From an uncultured Prolixibacteraceae bacterium (GTDB lineage Bacteria > Bacteroidota > Bacteroidia > Bacteroidales > FEN-979), in NCBI GenBank assembly GCA_964449285.1, contig CAYUZX010000001.1, forward strand, positions 67,819-131,818: 64,000 nt of DNA, given 5' to 3'. Below, piece after piece: positions 1 through 9,722 of the stretch. Within the stretch, counting starts at the first letter, position 1; the number at the start of each line of letters is the position of its first letter. The notes below the pieces were generated by a model, which ran no database searches, was not told the DNA's origin, and saw only the letters and a program-made list of their open reading frames with translations. A program made the translations under genes and the position numbers.

Positions 1-1626
1 CAATATATAGCGGAGCGCTCTTCATGGGATGGAAAAAGTAGAGTTTCATCCGTAGTTGTTCAGGCATCCCTGATGGCAGATAAAATGCGCATTGTACAGG
101 GGTCCAGCGATTTTTCCTGACATATGACTCCAGATAGAAGGCCTTGTAACAGGAGAAATCATCCGGTCCCGTCAGATGCCATACAAGACTGGATTCGGTT
201 CTTCTGTCTGTCGACCAAACCCTGGCTGATACCTTTACGATCCTGGTATGGGTTTTAAAGAGGGGAAATGGATCAAGTTCAATCCCAATGCCGTAAGGAT
301 GTTCATCCTCGATGCAGGAGACATGGTTCTCAGAGCTATCCGGAAATGGTTTGAATGTATCCTCATTTCTCCATCCGTTTCCCCATCCCTGCATTGCTTC
401 CATATCATGATTGAAGGTCTTTTCGCTGACGATTCCTTCTCCCGACAGGTAAACCCGTGCTTTGGGATTTATGGAGAAAAATGAGTCCCGGAAGATTTCT
501 TTGGTAATCGTTGTCACAGGGAATATCCATTTCGTAAACTGATAAAACTGGAAGATGTTAAAAAGGATAAGCACTGATATCATGATACTGCAGGTAATCC
601 TCCATGCCTTTGAAGAGTGGATTTGGAACAGGTATAGCAGAAGGATGGCTACAACCGCATAAAAATCAATGAAGACCCTTTGTCCGCATTTACTGGCGTA
701 ATACCACATCCACCAGGAAGAGAGGATATAAATAATAAGGACAAGAAAGGCGAGCAGGGAATAAAACCGGGTTTAATTTATTCTGTATAATCCAGCGAAG
801 CCGGCCATGGATAGAAATGCCAGCGGTGTATAGACAAACCATCCTCTATTGTAACTGAACAGGATACTAAAAAAATGGGGATCAAGAAACTGCATCTTTT
901 CATTCCCATAGGAATAGATCCAGAGTTTTCCGGACTGAATGTAATAGAAAAGGGGTTGAATACAAACGATTAACGTGAAGACCAGTAGGACAAGGATGAG
1001 CCACCCCTTTTTTCGGACAATGAAGATGAAGGTACTCTTCAGCTCTCGGTAGCTCCCTGAAATAAAAGGGAGAAGGATCAGAATCAGACCATTGGTTGGC
1101 CTGATGAGCAGGATCAGGCTATAGATAGAGGTAAGGGCAAGCAACCAATGTAGTTTCCTGGTTTCGAAGAAATGGTATCCGGTCCAGAGAAAAAAGGTGA
1201 TTAATGCAAATGAATAAATGTGAGTCATTGATGGCTCGATCACTGCATAAAAGATGATATTGGTGCCCAGCGCAATCGAAAAGGTAATCAGTGATGCAGT
1301 ATTTATGGATGCTCCAAGTTTACGAAGCAGGTTGAACAGGACCCGACACCCTGCCCAAAGATAGAAGAGTGTTGAGAATGCAATCGCGTACTGGTAGACC
1401 AGGCTATATCCGTCGGCTGGAAGCCCGGTGATCAGGGCGATGAGATGTGCCAACAGAAAAAAAGGCAACCAGATTACGGCAAGCCCCGTGAAGGTCTTGT
1501 TCACAATCCCGCCGTCGATATTCATATAACCCTGTCCCACGTTTGACCAGGATGGTTGAACCCGAAAAAGAGGAGAATGTAGATGACAAGGATACATTCA
1601 GGGGTGAGCAGAAAGAGACGTTTCAT
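1..1626 (-). pseudogene. Polytopic GT-C fold (PMT/ArnT-like) membrane glycosyltransferase, disrupted; runs off the window at position 1
   Basis: ORF 773..1597 is highly hydrophobic with many TM segments. I checked codon by codon that the same minus frame stays open from 772 down to 2 (257 codons) after a single TAA at 773-775. A TM-like segment continues across the stop (..FLSMAGFAGLYRIN*TRFYSLLAFLVLIIYILSS..). A 34-aa N-terminal TM peptide (MKRLFLLTPECILVIYILLFFGFNHPGQTWDRVI*, 1522..1626) starts 6 nt after the rlmB stop but lies in another frame, implying a 1-nt indel. Confidence 0.55.
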
Positions 1627-1632
1627 AGAACA

Positions 1633-2370
1633 CTAAAGATTCCGTTGCCGGTTTATCTCAAAAAGGAAGATCCCTGATGCGACCGAGACGTTGAGTGATT
1701 CAATCTCTCCTGCAAGGGGGATCATGATGTGTTCGTCACACAGACACAACAGTTCTTCGGAGATGCCCTTTCCTTCGGATCCCATAATTAAGAGAAGCGG
1801 ACTCATAAACTCGACCGACGTATAACTCCGACTCCCTTTTTCGGTGGCTGCCATCACTTGCAACCCACTATCTTTCATCAGACTGACAGTCTCTTTCGCG
1901 TTCGCTGTGCGGCACACCGGTATTTTATAGAGAGCTCCGGCTGATGTTTTTATTGCTTCTGAATTGATCAGTGCAGAGCCTTTCAACGGTACGACGATGG
2001 CGTCGACACCTGCGCATTCAGCTGTGCGTGCAATGGCCCCCATATTTCTGACATCGGTGATGCCATCAAGGAGCAGGATGAGGGGCACTTTACCACGTTC
2101 ATAGAGGAGAGGCAGGATATCTTCGATCTTCTGGTAGGATATGTCAGTAACATAGGCAATCACCCCCTGGTGGTTCTGTTTGGAAAGGCGGTTCAACTTC
2201 TCAACCGGTACGAATTGAAAGGGAATGTCAAGCTCGCGGATCAGGTTGAAAAGTTCGCGAAAGGATTCTCCCCGGAGGTTTTTCTGGAGTAAAACCCGTT
2301 CCATCTCTTTGCCCGATTTGATTGCTTCGATAACCGGATGCATTCCGAAAATAAAATTTTCTTTTTTCAT
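1633..2370 (-). CDS. rlmB: 23S rRNA (guanosine-2'-O)-methyltransferase, SpoU/TrmH family
   Basis: 245 aa. N-terminal substrate-binding region (FGMHPVIEAIKSG) and C-terminal SpoU knot motifs (LLIMGSEGKGIS, IPLAGEIESLNVSVASGI). Confidence 0.85.
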   Translation of the reverse strand: MKKENFIFGMHPVIEAIKSGKEMERVLLQKNLRGESFRELFNLIRELDIPFQFVPVEKLNRLSKQNHQGVIAYVTDISYQKIEDILPLLYERGKVPLILLLDGITDVRNMGAIARTAECAGVDAIVVPLKGSALINSEAIKTSAGALYKIPVCRTANAKETVSLMKDSGLQVMAATEKGSRSYTSVEFMSPLLLIMGSEGKGISEELLCLCDEHIMIPLAGEIESLNVSVASGIFLFEINRQRNL

Positions 2371-3713
2371 TCTTCATCAGCATTTTCAATCATTTGCGCG
2401 GGGAGTTCCTTACTGGATTTGGCACCGAGTTCCCGGATTTTTTCAGCCCGTCTGACAAGGTTTCCTTTTCCGGTAGAGAGTTTGTTCAGAGCGGCATCAT
2501 AACTTTTTCGGGTCGAATCCAACTTTGACCCGATGTCGGTAAGGTCATTTACAAAACCAGCTAGTTTATCCAGGAGTTCACCACTTTGCCGGGCAATCTC
2601 CAAAGCGTTTTTATTCTGGTTCTCCACGCGCCAGAGGTTGGATATCATGCGTAAGGCAGCAATCAGGTTGGTGGGACTGATCAGAAGCACCCTTCGTTCA
2701 TAAGCGTAATTCCAAAGACCGGGATCTCCCTGCATGGCAACAAGGTAGGCAGGTTCGACCGGCAGAAACATCATGACGAAATCAAGGCTCTTCAATTGAT
2801 AGAGATCCTGATAGTTCTTGGCACTTAGCTCGTTCACGTGATTTTTGATCGATATCATATGATCACGCAGGGCACCCTCTTGCTCCTCTAAGTGGTCTGT
2901 GGATGCGAACCGTTCATAGGCAGTAAGTGAGACCTTTGAGTCTATGACGACATGCCGGTCGCCAGGGTAATTGACCACGACATCAGGCTGTAGCCGTCGC
3001 CCATGTTCATTGACGTAGGATTGTTGAACAACATATTCCCGGTCTCTCATCAATCCTGACTTTTCGAGGATGCTCTCCAGGATGATCTCTCCCCAATTAC
3101 CCTGAACCTTTGATTGCCCTTTGAGCGCGTTAGTCAGGTTATTTGCCTCTTTGCTGATTTGCTGGTTGAGTTCCGCCAGGTTTTTGATTTCCCTGCCTAG
3201 TGAGAAGCGCTCTTTCGACTCTTTATCGTAAGTCTCTTCAACCTTTTTCTCAAAGTCACGGATCTTTTCACTCAATGGTTTCAGAATCTCATCCAGGCGT
3301 GTTTTATTCTGGTCTGTAAATTTTTGTGTTTTCTCTTCCAGGATTTCATTTGCCAGGTTTTTGAATTCGATTTTGAATTTATCCTGAAGTTGTTCAATCT
3401 CAGTCTTCTGATCGGTGAATTTTTCCGTCATTGCTTTGATCTCAGCCTCTTTCCGTGAAACCTGACTGCTCAGTTCCAGGATTGCACTCTCTTTCTTCTG
3501 AACTTCGCGTGTAACAACCTGGAGTTGTTCTGTCAGCCAGGAGATCTTCTCTTCGGCAACCCTCTTTTGAGAGGTCACCTCCTCCAGTTGTTTATATAAT
3601 TCTTCTATTGATCCAGCTCCCTGACGGGTTGAAGGTCGGTTTAGTTTCCAGAAGATAATACTGAAACCGATGATAAGGATTAAGGCTGATCCACCAATAA
3701 GATACTCTAACAT
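2367..3713 (-). CDS. rmuC: DNA recombination protein RmuC
   Basis: N-terminal TM helix, long coiled coil, then an RmuC nuclease-like core (DVVVNYPGDRHVVIDSKVSL). ATG at 3713 is preferred over the track's TTG at 3749. Overlaps rlmB by 4 nt. Confidence 0.8.
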   Translation of the reverse strand: MLEYLIGGSALILIIGFSIIFWKLNRPSTRQGAGSIEELYKQLEEVTSQKRVAEEKISWLTEQLQVVTREVQKKESAILELSSQVSRKEAEIKAMTEKFTDQKTEIEQLQDKFKIEFKNLANEILEEKTQKFTDQNKTRLDEILKPLSEKIRDFEKKVEETYDKESKERFSLGREIKNLAELNQQISKEANNLTNALKGQSKVQGNWGEIILESILEKSGLMRDREYVVQQSYVNEHGRRLQPDVVVNYPGDRHVVIDSKVSLTAYERFASTDHLEEQEGALRDHMISIKNHVNELSAKNYQDLYQLKSLDFVMMFLPVEPAYLVAMQGDPGLWNYAYERRVLLISPTNLIAALRMISNLWRVENQNKNALEIARQSGELLDKLAGFVNDLTDIGSKLDSTRKSYDAALNKLSTGKGNLVRRAEKIRELGAKSSKELPAQMIENADEE

Positions 3714-3783
3714 ATGGCTCAGGTAAATTCTGTTGATGTAAAAGTACAAATTATTAAGCAGGTGTTACCTCTCATAATTCCCT

Positions 3784-3791
3784 TATTTTTG
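3784..3791 (+). promoter_or_regulatory. Bacteroidota -7 box TATTTTTG, 7 nt before the ATG at 3799
   Basis: Exact match to TAnnTTTG in the divergent spacer; implies a near-leaderless transcript. Confidence 0.4.
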
Positions 3792-3798
3792 TGGAGAG

Positions 3799-4287
3799 AT
3801 GAACGTGGGTATATTGTCGGACACACATGGGTTTTTCCACCATCGGTTACTTGACTTTTTCAAGGATGTCGATGAAATCTGGCATGCTGGGGATATAGGC
3901 AACATGGAAACGTACCTTGCATTGGAAAACATCAAACCCCTTCGTGCAGTATATGGAAATATCGATGGGAAGGATTTGCGGATTCAATGTCCTGAAGTAC
4001 TGTTCTTTAAAGCAGACAAGGCCAACGTATTCTTAACGCACATCGGTGGGTATCCAGGCAGGTATGACAGGGAAGTCAAAGAATTGATCAGGCAAAACAG
4101 CCCAGATTTGTTTGTTTGCGGGCATTCACATATCCTGAAAGTCATGTATGATAAAACCCATGAACTTCTATTTATCAATCCAGGTGCAGCAGGGAAATTT
4201 GGTTTCCACAAATCATACACGGCAGTAAGAATGAGGATTGAAGGGAAAGAATTCAGGGATTTAGAGGTGTTAGATATTCCGAGGTAG
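3799..4287 (+). CDS. YfcE/MJ0936-family metallophosphoesterase
   Basis: MNVGILSDTHG..., GDIGN, GNIDG, CGHSH, INPGA motifs in canonical order. Confidence 0.8.
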   Translation: MNVGILSDTHGFFHHRLLDFFKDVDEIWHAGDIGNMETYLALENIKPLRAVYGNIDGKDLRIQCPEVLFFKADKANVFLTHIGGYPGRYDREVKELIRQNSPDLFVCGHSHILKVMYDKTHELLFINPGAAGKFGFHKSYTAVRMRIEGKEFRDLEVLDIPR

Positions 4288-4330
4288 AGATAGAATTACC
4301 CTGAATTGCACATGACTTGCCATATATTTC

Positions 4331-4351
4331 TTCGTCCTTCGTCCTTCGTCC
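4331..4351. repeat. Heptamer tandem array ttcgtcc x3 (perfect)
   Basis: Read directly: ttcgtcc at 4331-4337, 4338-4344 and 4345-4351, in the convergent spacer 4288-4370. Confidence 0.9.
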
Positions 4352-4370
4352 CAGGTCAAATGTCTTACGG

Positions 4371-4844
4371 TTAACGTAGTCTGTCGGTTGATTTGACGAG
4401 TTCTTCGTCTTTGCGGATAAAGCGATTGGCTAAAATCAGAAAAACGAGTGAGATCAGGGGGAAGAATATACCAAGTTGATACGAAGGCTCGATCTGGGTC
4501 AGTTTTGTGATCTTACTTGAGTAGATGATAAAAACCAGAACCACAAAGCTGACGTTGAGCAGAATATTGAAGGCAACTAGCCGTAACTGGGTTCTCCTGT
4601 TTTTATATAAAAAGATTGAGGTCAGGGTGAGGATCAAAGACGCTCCTGCAGTAAGCCAGAGTGGTGAGTTAAACCAGATTGAGGTAGTCATTTTCGGGTC
4701 GGGATCCATTGATTTCAGCTCCGTTGCAAAAAGCTTGTAATTTCCATACAGTTCATGATAAAAATCAGCCAGTGGAAAATAGAATACCAGTGCACCGGAG
4801 ATCAGAGCCAGCACAAGGAAGATTGTTTGGATACGTTGAATCAT
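4371..4844 (-). CDS. DUF4293-like four-TM membrane protein
   Basis: 157 aa. MIQRIQTIFLVLALI... start and four hydrophobic segments, typical of the Bacteroidota family. Confidence 0.6.
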   Translation of the reverse strand: MIQRIQTIFLVLALISGALVFYFPLADFYHELYGNYKLFATELKSMDPDPKMTTSIWFNSPLWLTAGASLILTLTSIFLYKNRRTQLRLVAFNILLNVSFVVLVFIIYSSKITKLTQIEPSYQLGIFFPLISLVFLILANRFIRKDEELVKSTDRLR

Positions 4845-4900
4845 GGTTTGTCAATTATTCAAGAGTTTGTTATGCGAAATTAGGAAAGAAACTCAAATTT

Positions 4901-4931
4901 TTTGTTAATTGGCTAAGATTAATTATATTTG
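4901..4931 (+). promoter_or_regulatory. rho promoter: TTTG (4901-4904), 19-nt spacer, TATATTTG (4924-4931)
   Basis: Matches the Bacteroidota -33 TTTG / -7 TAnnTTTG consensus with canonical spacing. Predicts a 5' UTR of about 120 nt. Confidence 0.55.
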
Positions 4932-5059
4932 CACAGAATTTGATTCCCATATTTTTCTCTTTAACCCATTCAAGTTATTTCTTTTACCCATTTCAAGGTT
5001 GAAATTTTCTTTTCCGATAGGTTCTTTCCAAAGACAATACAACACAAAACACACATTCA

Positions 5060-6709
5060 ATGTATGACATTATTTCCCTCGACAGTAAAGAGCTGTCGGA
5101 GATTCGTGAGATTGCGAAATCAATGAACATCCCTAAAGTGGATAAGCTCGAGAAGCAAGAGTTGATTTACAAAATACTTGACCATCAGGCGTTGAATCCT
5201 ACCCAGGATGAAATTGCCAACGAAAAACAAGAGGTAAAACGTGGACGTGGACGCCCACCAAAAGTAGAGCGTCCACGTAAAGAAACTGATAAACAAGGTA
5301 ACAGGCCCAAACCCAGACCTCCACAGGAGACACCGAATAAAGTCTCAAGAGAACAGCCTGTGGTCAAAGCAAAGGATTTTAATAACACTCCCGAAAATCG
5401 CATTTTTGAAACAAAAAATGAGGTCCCCAAGGTTATTGAGCCCCCTATTGATCTGTCGACGGAGACCATGAAAGAAGAGCCTGTAACGAGCAGCGAGAAT
5501 ATACCCGCTCAGCGGCCTGACGATAAAAAACATCGTGAGCAACCACGGAAACATATACCGGAACGTCATCGTGAGGAGTACGCCTTTGAATTTGAGGGTA
5601 TCATCAGCACTGAGGGAGTCCTTGAGATCATGGCCGATGGCTACGGATTTCTTCGCTCCTCAGATTACAACTACCTGAACTCCCCTGATGATGTCTATGT
5701 CTCCCAGTCGCAGATCAAGCTGTTTGGCCTGAAAACCGGCGACACAGTACGTGGCACTATTCGTCCTCCGAAAGAGGGAGAAAAATATTTTCCGTTAATA
5801 AAGGTAGAACTGATCAATGGTAAGAAAGCGGAAGATGTCCGTGACAGGATCCCGTTCGATTTTCTCACACCACTCTTCCCGATGAAGAAATTCAAACTTA
5901 CCGGTCATCCAGATTGCACAGCTTCGACCCGTATCATTGACATGTTTGCACCCATTGGATTCGGTCAACGGGGATTGATTGTTGCACAGCCAAAGACAGG
6001 TAAAACAGTTCTATTGAAAGAGATTGCCAATGCAATCGCTGCCAATCATCCAGATGTCTACCTGATCGTATTATTGATTGATGAAAGACCTGAAGAGGTT
6101 ACAGATATGGCACGCAGTGTGAGGGGTGAAGTGATCTCATCAACGTTTGATGAACCAGCCGAACGCCATACAAAAATAGCCAATATCGTTCTTGAAAAAG
6201 CTAAACGACTGGTTGAGTGCGGACATGATGTGGTGATCCTGCTTGACTCTATTACCCGTCTCGCCCGTGCTTACAACACGGTAGCTCCGGCTTCCGGGAA
6301 GGTATTATCGGGTGGGGTAGAAGCCAATGCACTTCAAAAACCTAAACGCTTCTTTGGTGCTGCACGCCAGATCGAAAATGGCGGATCCCTTACGATTATT
6401 GCTACTGCCTTGACCGACACAGGCTCCAAGATGGACGATGTGATTTTCGAAGAGTTCAAGGGAACGGGAAACATGGAACTTCAGCTTGACAGGAAACTTT
6501 CCAATAAGCGGATCTGGCCGGCTGTTGACATTGTTGCTTCAAGTACTCGTCGCGAAGACCTGCTTCTTGAAAAAGATGTCCTGGGACGTATCTGGATCCT
6601 CCGGAATCATTTGGCCGATATGACACCCCTAGAGGCGATGGAGTTCCTAAAGGAGAGGATGAAATTCACAGATTCCAACGAGGAGTTTCTAATTTCGATG
6701 AACAGTTAA
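5060..6709 (+). CDS. rho: Transcription termination factor Rho with a long N-terminal disordered insertion
   Basis: Rho_N ([15 protein letters not shown]), about 120 aa of K/R/P/E-rich low complexity, a CSD-like RNA-binding domain ([14 protein letters not shown]), Walker A (AQPKTGKT) and the C-terminal ATPase. Confidence 0.95.
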   Translation: MYDIISLDSKELSEIREIAKSMNIPKVDKLEKQELIYKILDHQALNPTQDEIANEKQEVKRGRGRPPKVERPRKETDKQGNRPKPRPPQETPNKVSREQPVVKAKDFNNTPENRIFETKNEVPKVIEPPIDLSTETMKEEPVTSSENIPAQRPDDKKHREQPRKHIPERHREEYAFEFEGIISTEGVLEIMADGYGFLRSSDYNYLNSPDDVYVSQSQIKLFGLKTGDTVRGTIRPPKEGEKYFPLIKVELINGKKAEDVRDRIPFDFLTPLFPMKKFKLTGHPDCTASTRIIDMFAPIGFGQRGLIVAQPKTGKTVLLKEIANAIAANHPDVYLIVLLIDERPEEVTDMARSVRGEVISSTFDEPAERHTKIANIVLEKAKRLVECGHDVVILLDSITRLARAYNTVAPASGKVLSGGVEANALQKPKRFFGAARQIENGGSLTIIATALTDTGSKMDDVIFEEFKGTGNMELQLDRKLSNKRIWPAVDIVASSTRREDLLLEKDVLGRIWILRNHLADMTPLEAMEFLKERMKFTDSNEEFLISMNS

Positions 6710-6719
6710 AAGGGAAAAG

Positions 6720-6751
6720 CGAAGTAACGAGGTAGCGAAATAACGAAATTT
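6720..6751. repeat. Octamer tandem array cgaagtaa cgaggtag cgaaataa cgaaattt
   Basis: The leading c recurs at 6720, 6728, 6736 and 6744. Lies in the convergent spacer between rho and mpl. Confidence 0.8.
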
Positions 6752-6754
6752 TTA

Positions 6755-8101
6755 TTACCGATACAGCTCTTTCAAGTTTATGCCGTCGAAATTTCCGGAG
6801 CTCATCATTAGGTAGACCATGTTTTCATTGGGAAGTTCCAAAAGTCTTTCTTTCAATTTTCCTGAATCATCAAATACTTCCAGAGAGGGTTGACTAAATC
6901 CTGTTCGGATCTGTTCTGCAGTGATCTCCGGCAAACGCTTCAATTGGATTGCATGGTGATTGAAATAGACGATCGCTATGTCGGCTTCCATCATGGATCC
7001 TGAATAGTGGTGTAAAAATCCTTCACTCAGGCTGCTGTATGTATGTAGTTCAAGGCAGGCTACGATCGTTCTCTCAGCAAATTGTTCTTTCACAGCATTT
7101 ATCGTGGCTTTCACTTTAGATGGAGCATGGGCGAAGTCTTTGAACATAGAAAATGTTTCGTTCTGAGCTAACAGCTCCAGCCGTTTGGAAGCGCCGGAAA
7201 AGGTTGTGATGGCCTGGTAAAATGCCAGATCCGAAACGCCGAGCTGGTTGCATACCAGTCGGGCTCCATTCAGGTTCAACAGGTTATGCTGTCCAAAAAT
7301 TTGAAGTGAATAGGAGCTATCCGGTGTAATCAAATGCGTGATGCCTTTTTCAATCCGGTATGGCGGTGTTGTATATGGGAATCGTGTTAAATCTTCCCTG
7401 CCTTCCCTGCAAATTTGTTTCAAGACTTCATCTTCGTCGCAAAATACCAATGTCCCATCCGGAGATATCAACTGGATGAACTCTCTGAACTGATCAACAT
7501 AGTTCTCAAATGTTGGAAATACGTTGATATGATCCCATGCTACACCACTCAGGAGTGCGATGTTGGGGCGGTAGAGATGAAATTTAGGCCGTGGGTCAAT
7601 GGGAGATGTGAGGTACTCATCGCCTTCAAAGATCATGACATCCGCCTCCTTACTGAGTTTAACCATTACATCAAACCCTTCGAGCTGAGCCCCTACCATA
7701 AAATCACAGTCGATCCCGTTCGTTTTCAAAACATGCAGGATCATGGCAGTTATGGTGGTCTTGCCGTGGCTTCCGCCGATGACAACCCGGATTTTATCTT
7801 TAGCTTGTTCGAAGAGGTATTCAGGGTAGGAGAAGATGCGTATTCCGAGTTCTTCAGCTCGTTTTAGCTCCGGATTATCGATTTTAGCATGCATCCCGAG
7901 GATCACGGCATCGAGGCCGGAGTGAATTCGTTCGGTGAACCACCCTTCATCTTGTGGGAGTAACCTCATGGCTGCCAGTCGGCTTTTTGAGGGTTCAAAG
8001 ATCTCATCATCCGATCCGGTAACTGAGTATCCCTTCAGGTGAAGGGCTATTGCCAGGTTGTGCATAGCGCTTCCGCCAATAGCTATAAAATGGACGTGCA
8101 T
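6755..8101 (-). CDS. mpl: Mur ligase family, Mpl-type UDP-MurNAc:tripeptide ligase (murein recycling)
   Basis: N-terminal Rossmann (HFIAIGGSAMHNLA...VTGSD) and P-loop GGSHGKTTITAMI. It stands alone, outside any dcw cluster. Confidence 0.7.
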   Translation of the reverse strand: MHVHFIAIGGSAMHNLAIALHLKGYSVTGSDDEIFEPSKSRLAAMRLLPQDEGWFTERIHSGLDAVILGMHAKIDNPELKRAEELGIRIFSYPEYLFEQAKDKIRVVIGGSHGKTTITAMILHVLKTNGIDCDFMVGAQLEGFDVMVKLSKEADVMIFEGDEYLTSPIDPRPKFHLYRPNIALLSGVAWDHINVFPTFENYVDQFREFIQLISPDGTLVFCDEDEVLKQICREGREDLTRFPYTTPPYRIEKGITHLITPDSSYSLQIFGQHNLLNLNGARLVCNQLGVSDLAFYQAITTFSGASKRLELLAQNETFSMFKDFAHAPSKVKATINAVKEQFAERTIVACLELHTYSSLSEGFLHHYSGSMMEADIAIVYFNHHAIQLKRLPEITAEQIRTGFSQPSLEVFDDSGKLKERLLELPNENMVYLMMSSGNFDGINLKELYR

Positions 8102-8208
8102 AGATTCATGATAAAACTCAAAATTACGATTATTTTACATGCCGAAAGTTGCATGTAGTACAGGGAATTTAGTAATTTCACAAATTGATTAGATTTTCTT
8201 AAGGTGCC

Positions 8209-8916
8209 ATGAAGAACAGATTTGAAACATATATTAACGATGTTAATTCCTTGTCTCCTGTTGATTTGATTGAATTTTTCCTGGAACGGCATCCCGGTAA
8301 GGTTGCTTTTAGCAGTAGTCTGGGACCCGAAGACCAGGTTTTAACGCACATGCTGGCTGGCATCGGGAAACCCTTTAAATTATTTACTCTCGATACAGGC
8401 CGGTTATTGCAGGAAAGTTACGAGTTACTCGAAATCACCAGGCAGCGGTATCAACTTCCATTTGAGGTTTTTTTCCCTGAAGCGTCACATGTGGAGAAGA
8501 TGGTGTATGATAAAGGCATCAACCTTTTTTACGACAGCGTCGAGAACCGAAAAATGTGCTGCCATATCCGTAAGATCGAGCCGTTGAAAAGGGCATTGAC
8601 AGGGATGGATATCTGGATTACCGGAGTTCGCAGAGACCAATCCGTTACGCGGGCTGACATTGGATTGCTGGAATGGGATGCTGATCTTGCCCTGATCAAA
8701 GTCAACCCATTGATTGACTGGAATCATGAGGATGTTTGGACGTTTATCAAGGAGAATAAGGTTCCCTACAATACGCTGCATGATAAAGGTTATCCAAGTA
8801 TCGGATGCCTTCCTTGCACTCGGGCGATTCTCCCGGGAGAGGATATCCGTGCAGGCCGTTGGTGGTGGGAACATCCGGATTTAAAAGAGTGTGGGTTACA
8901 TCTCCCCAAGAAATAA
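8209..8916 (+). CDS. cysH: Phosphoadenosine/adenosine phosphosulfate reductase
   Basis: PAPS_reduct fold with C-terminal ECGLH. Also carries the CC (KMCCHIRK) ... CxxC (GCLPCT) pattern typical of the Fe-S APS-reducing subtype. Confidence 0.85.
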   Translation: MKNRFETYINDVNSLSPVDLIEFFLERHPGKVAFSSSLGPEDQVLTHMLAGIGKPFKLFTLDTGRLLQESYELLEITRQRYQLPFEVFFPEASHVEKMVYDKGINLFYDSVENRKMCCHIRKIEPLKRALTGMDIWITGVRRDQSVTRADIGLLEWDADLALIKVNPLIDWNHEDVWTFIKENKVPYNTLHDKGYPSIGCLPCTRAILPGEDIRAGRWWWEHPDLKECGLHLPKK

Positions 8917-8923
8917 CTTGCTA

Positions 8924-9712
8924 ATGAATTCAATTGACCTTAAAGCGTTTGGAAAGGTGTTCCGGGAGGAATATAACTATCCAACTATCCTGTTTCAGGA
9001 TGCCGGTCATAAGATCTTCTGGCTCGGCGTTCCGGAAGCTACGGCTTTTCGTTCCAACACATACCTGATTGTCGATAATGACGAAGCCATCATCGTTGAT
9101 CCGGGAGGAGCGGGACATTTTGAGTTTGTCAGGAACCGGGTTGCACAGATACTCCCTCCAGAGCGTGTTGTTGCGCAAGTGCTATCCCATCAGGACCCGG
9201 ATGTGGCGGCCTCCTTCCCTCTTTGGGTCGATATAAACCCTTATATCAAAGTAATCGCTTCTGCCCGCACTCATACACTACTATGCCATTTCCGTGATTT
9301 TTTATTTGAATCGGTCAATATTAACGATCATCCGGAATACAGGTTCACCTCAGGAAAGATGATCCGATTCATTCCCTCTCCGTTTCTGCACTCTCCGTGT
9401 GCTTTTACGACATATGATACATTCTCGAAATTTCTTTTTTCCAGTGATATCTGGGCTGCCGTAGATATGGAGTGGAAACTGGTGGTCGATGACTTTGCAA
9501 AGCATCAACTGAAACTCAATCTTTTTCATCTCGATTATATGGCTTCCAGGAAAGCAGCCAGGGGATTTGTAAACCAGATCAAGGATTTGGAGATCGATGC
9601 CATCCTTCCACAGCATGGAAGCATTATTCCGGCTGAGTTTGTCTTGATGGCTCTTAACTACTTGACCCATTTGAATTGTGGACTTGATATCATTTACCCT
9701 GATTTAAAATAA
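8924..9712 (+). CDS. MBL-fold protein resembling a flavodiiron-core-like di-iron domain
   Basis: 262 aa from the ATG at 8924 (MNSIDLKAF); the track's upstream start overlaps cysH. Motifs IVDPGG, SHQDPD and a late PQHGS histidine; no flavodoxin domain. Its stop lies 10 nt before the hybrid kinase. Confidence 0.55.
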   Translation: MNSIDLKAFGKVFREEYNYPTILFQDAGHKIFWLGVPEATAFRSNTYLIVDNDEAIIVDPGGAGHFEFVRNRVAQILPPERVVAQVLSHQDPDVAASFPLWVDINPYIKVIASARTHTLLCHFRDFLFESVNINDHPEYRFTSGKMIRFIPSPFLHSPCAFTTYDTFSKFLFSSDIWAAVDMEWKLVVDDFAKHQLKLNLFHLDYMASRKAARGFVNQIKDLEIDAILPQHGSIIPAEFVLMALNYLTHLNCGLDIIYPDLK

Positions 9713-9722
9713 TCGATATCCT

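Noticed and set aside
248-484. 78-aa + strand ORF
   Set aside because: It lies exactly antisense and codon-phased to the open minus-strand frame of the glycosyltransferase pseudogene. The minus frame has membrane-protein character, so the + ORF is a shadow ORF.
773-775. Stop-codon reassignment or alternative genetic code to explain the in-frame TAA
   Set aside because: TAA terminates several well-defined genes here (rho 6707-6709, acs 34790-34792, pnuC 48997-48999), and long ORFs fit the standard code. Pseudogenisation or sequence error is simpler.
5185-5895. Three minus-strand ORFs opposite rho
   Set aside because: They are produced by the low-complexity K/R/P/E-coding insertion of rho. 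No independent support.
8136-8157. Hairpin tacatgc-cgaaagtt-gcatgta upstream of cysH as a possible riboswitch or attenuator
   Set aside because: It is a single 7-bp stem in a 107-nt divergent spacer. I cannot recognise any SAM or sulfur riboswitch consensus, and the spacer is too short to hold one. Noted only.
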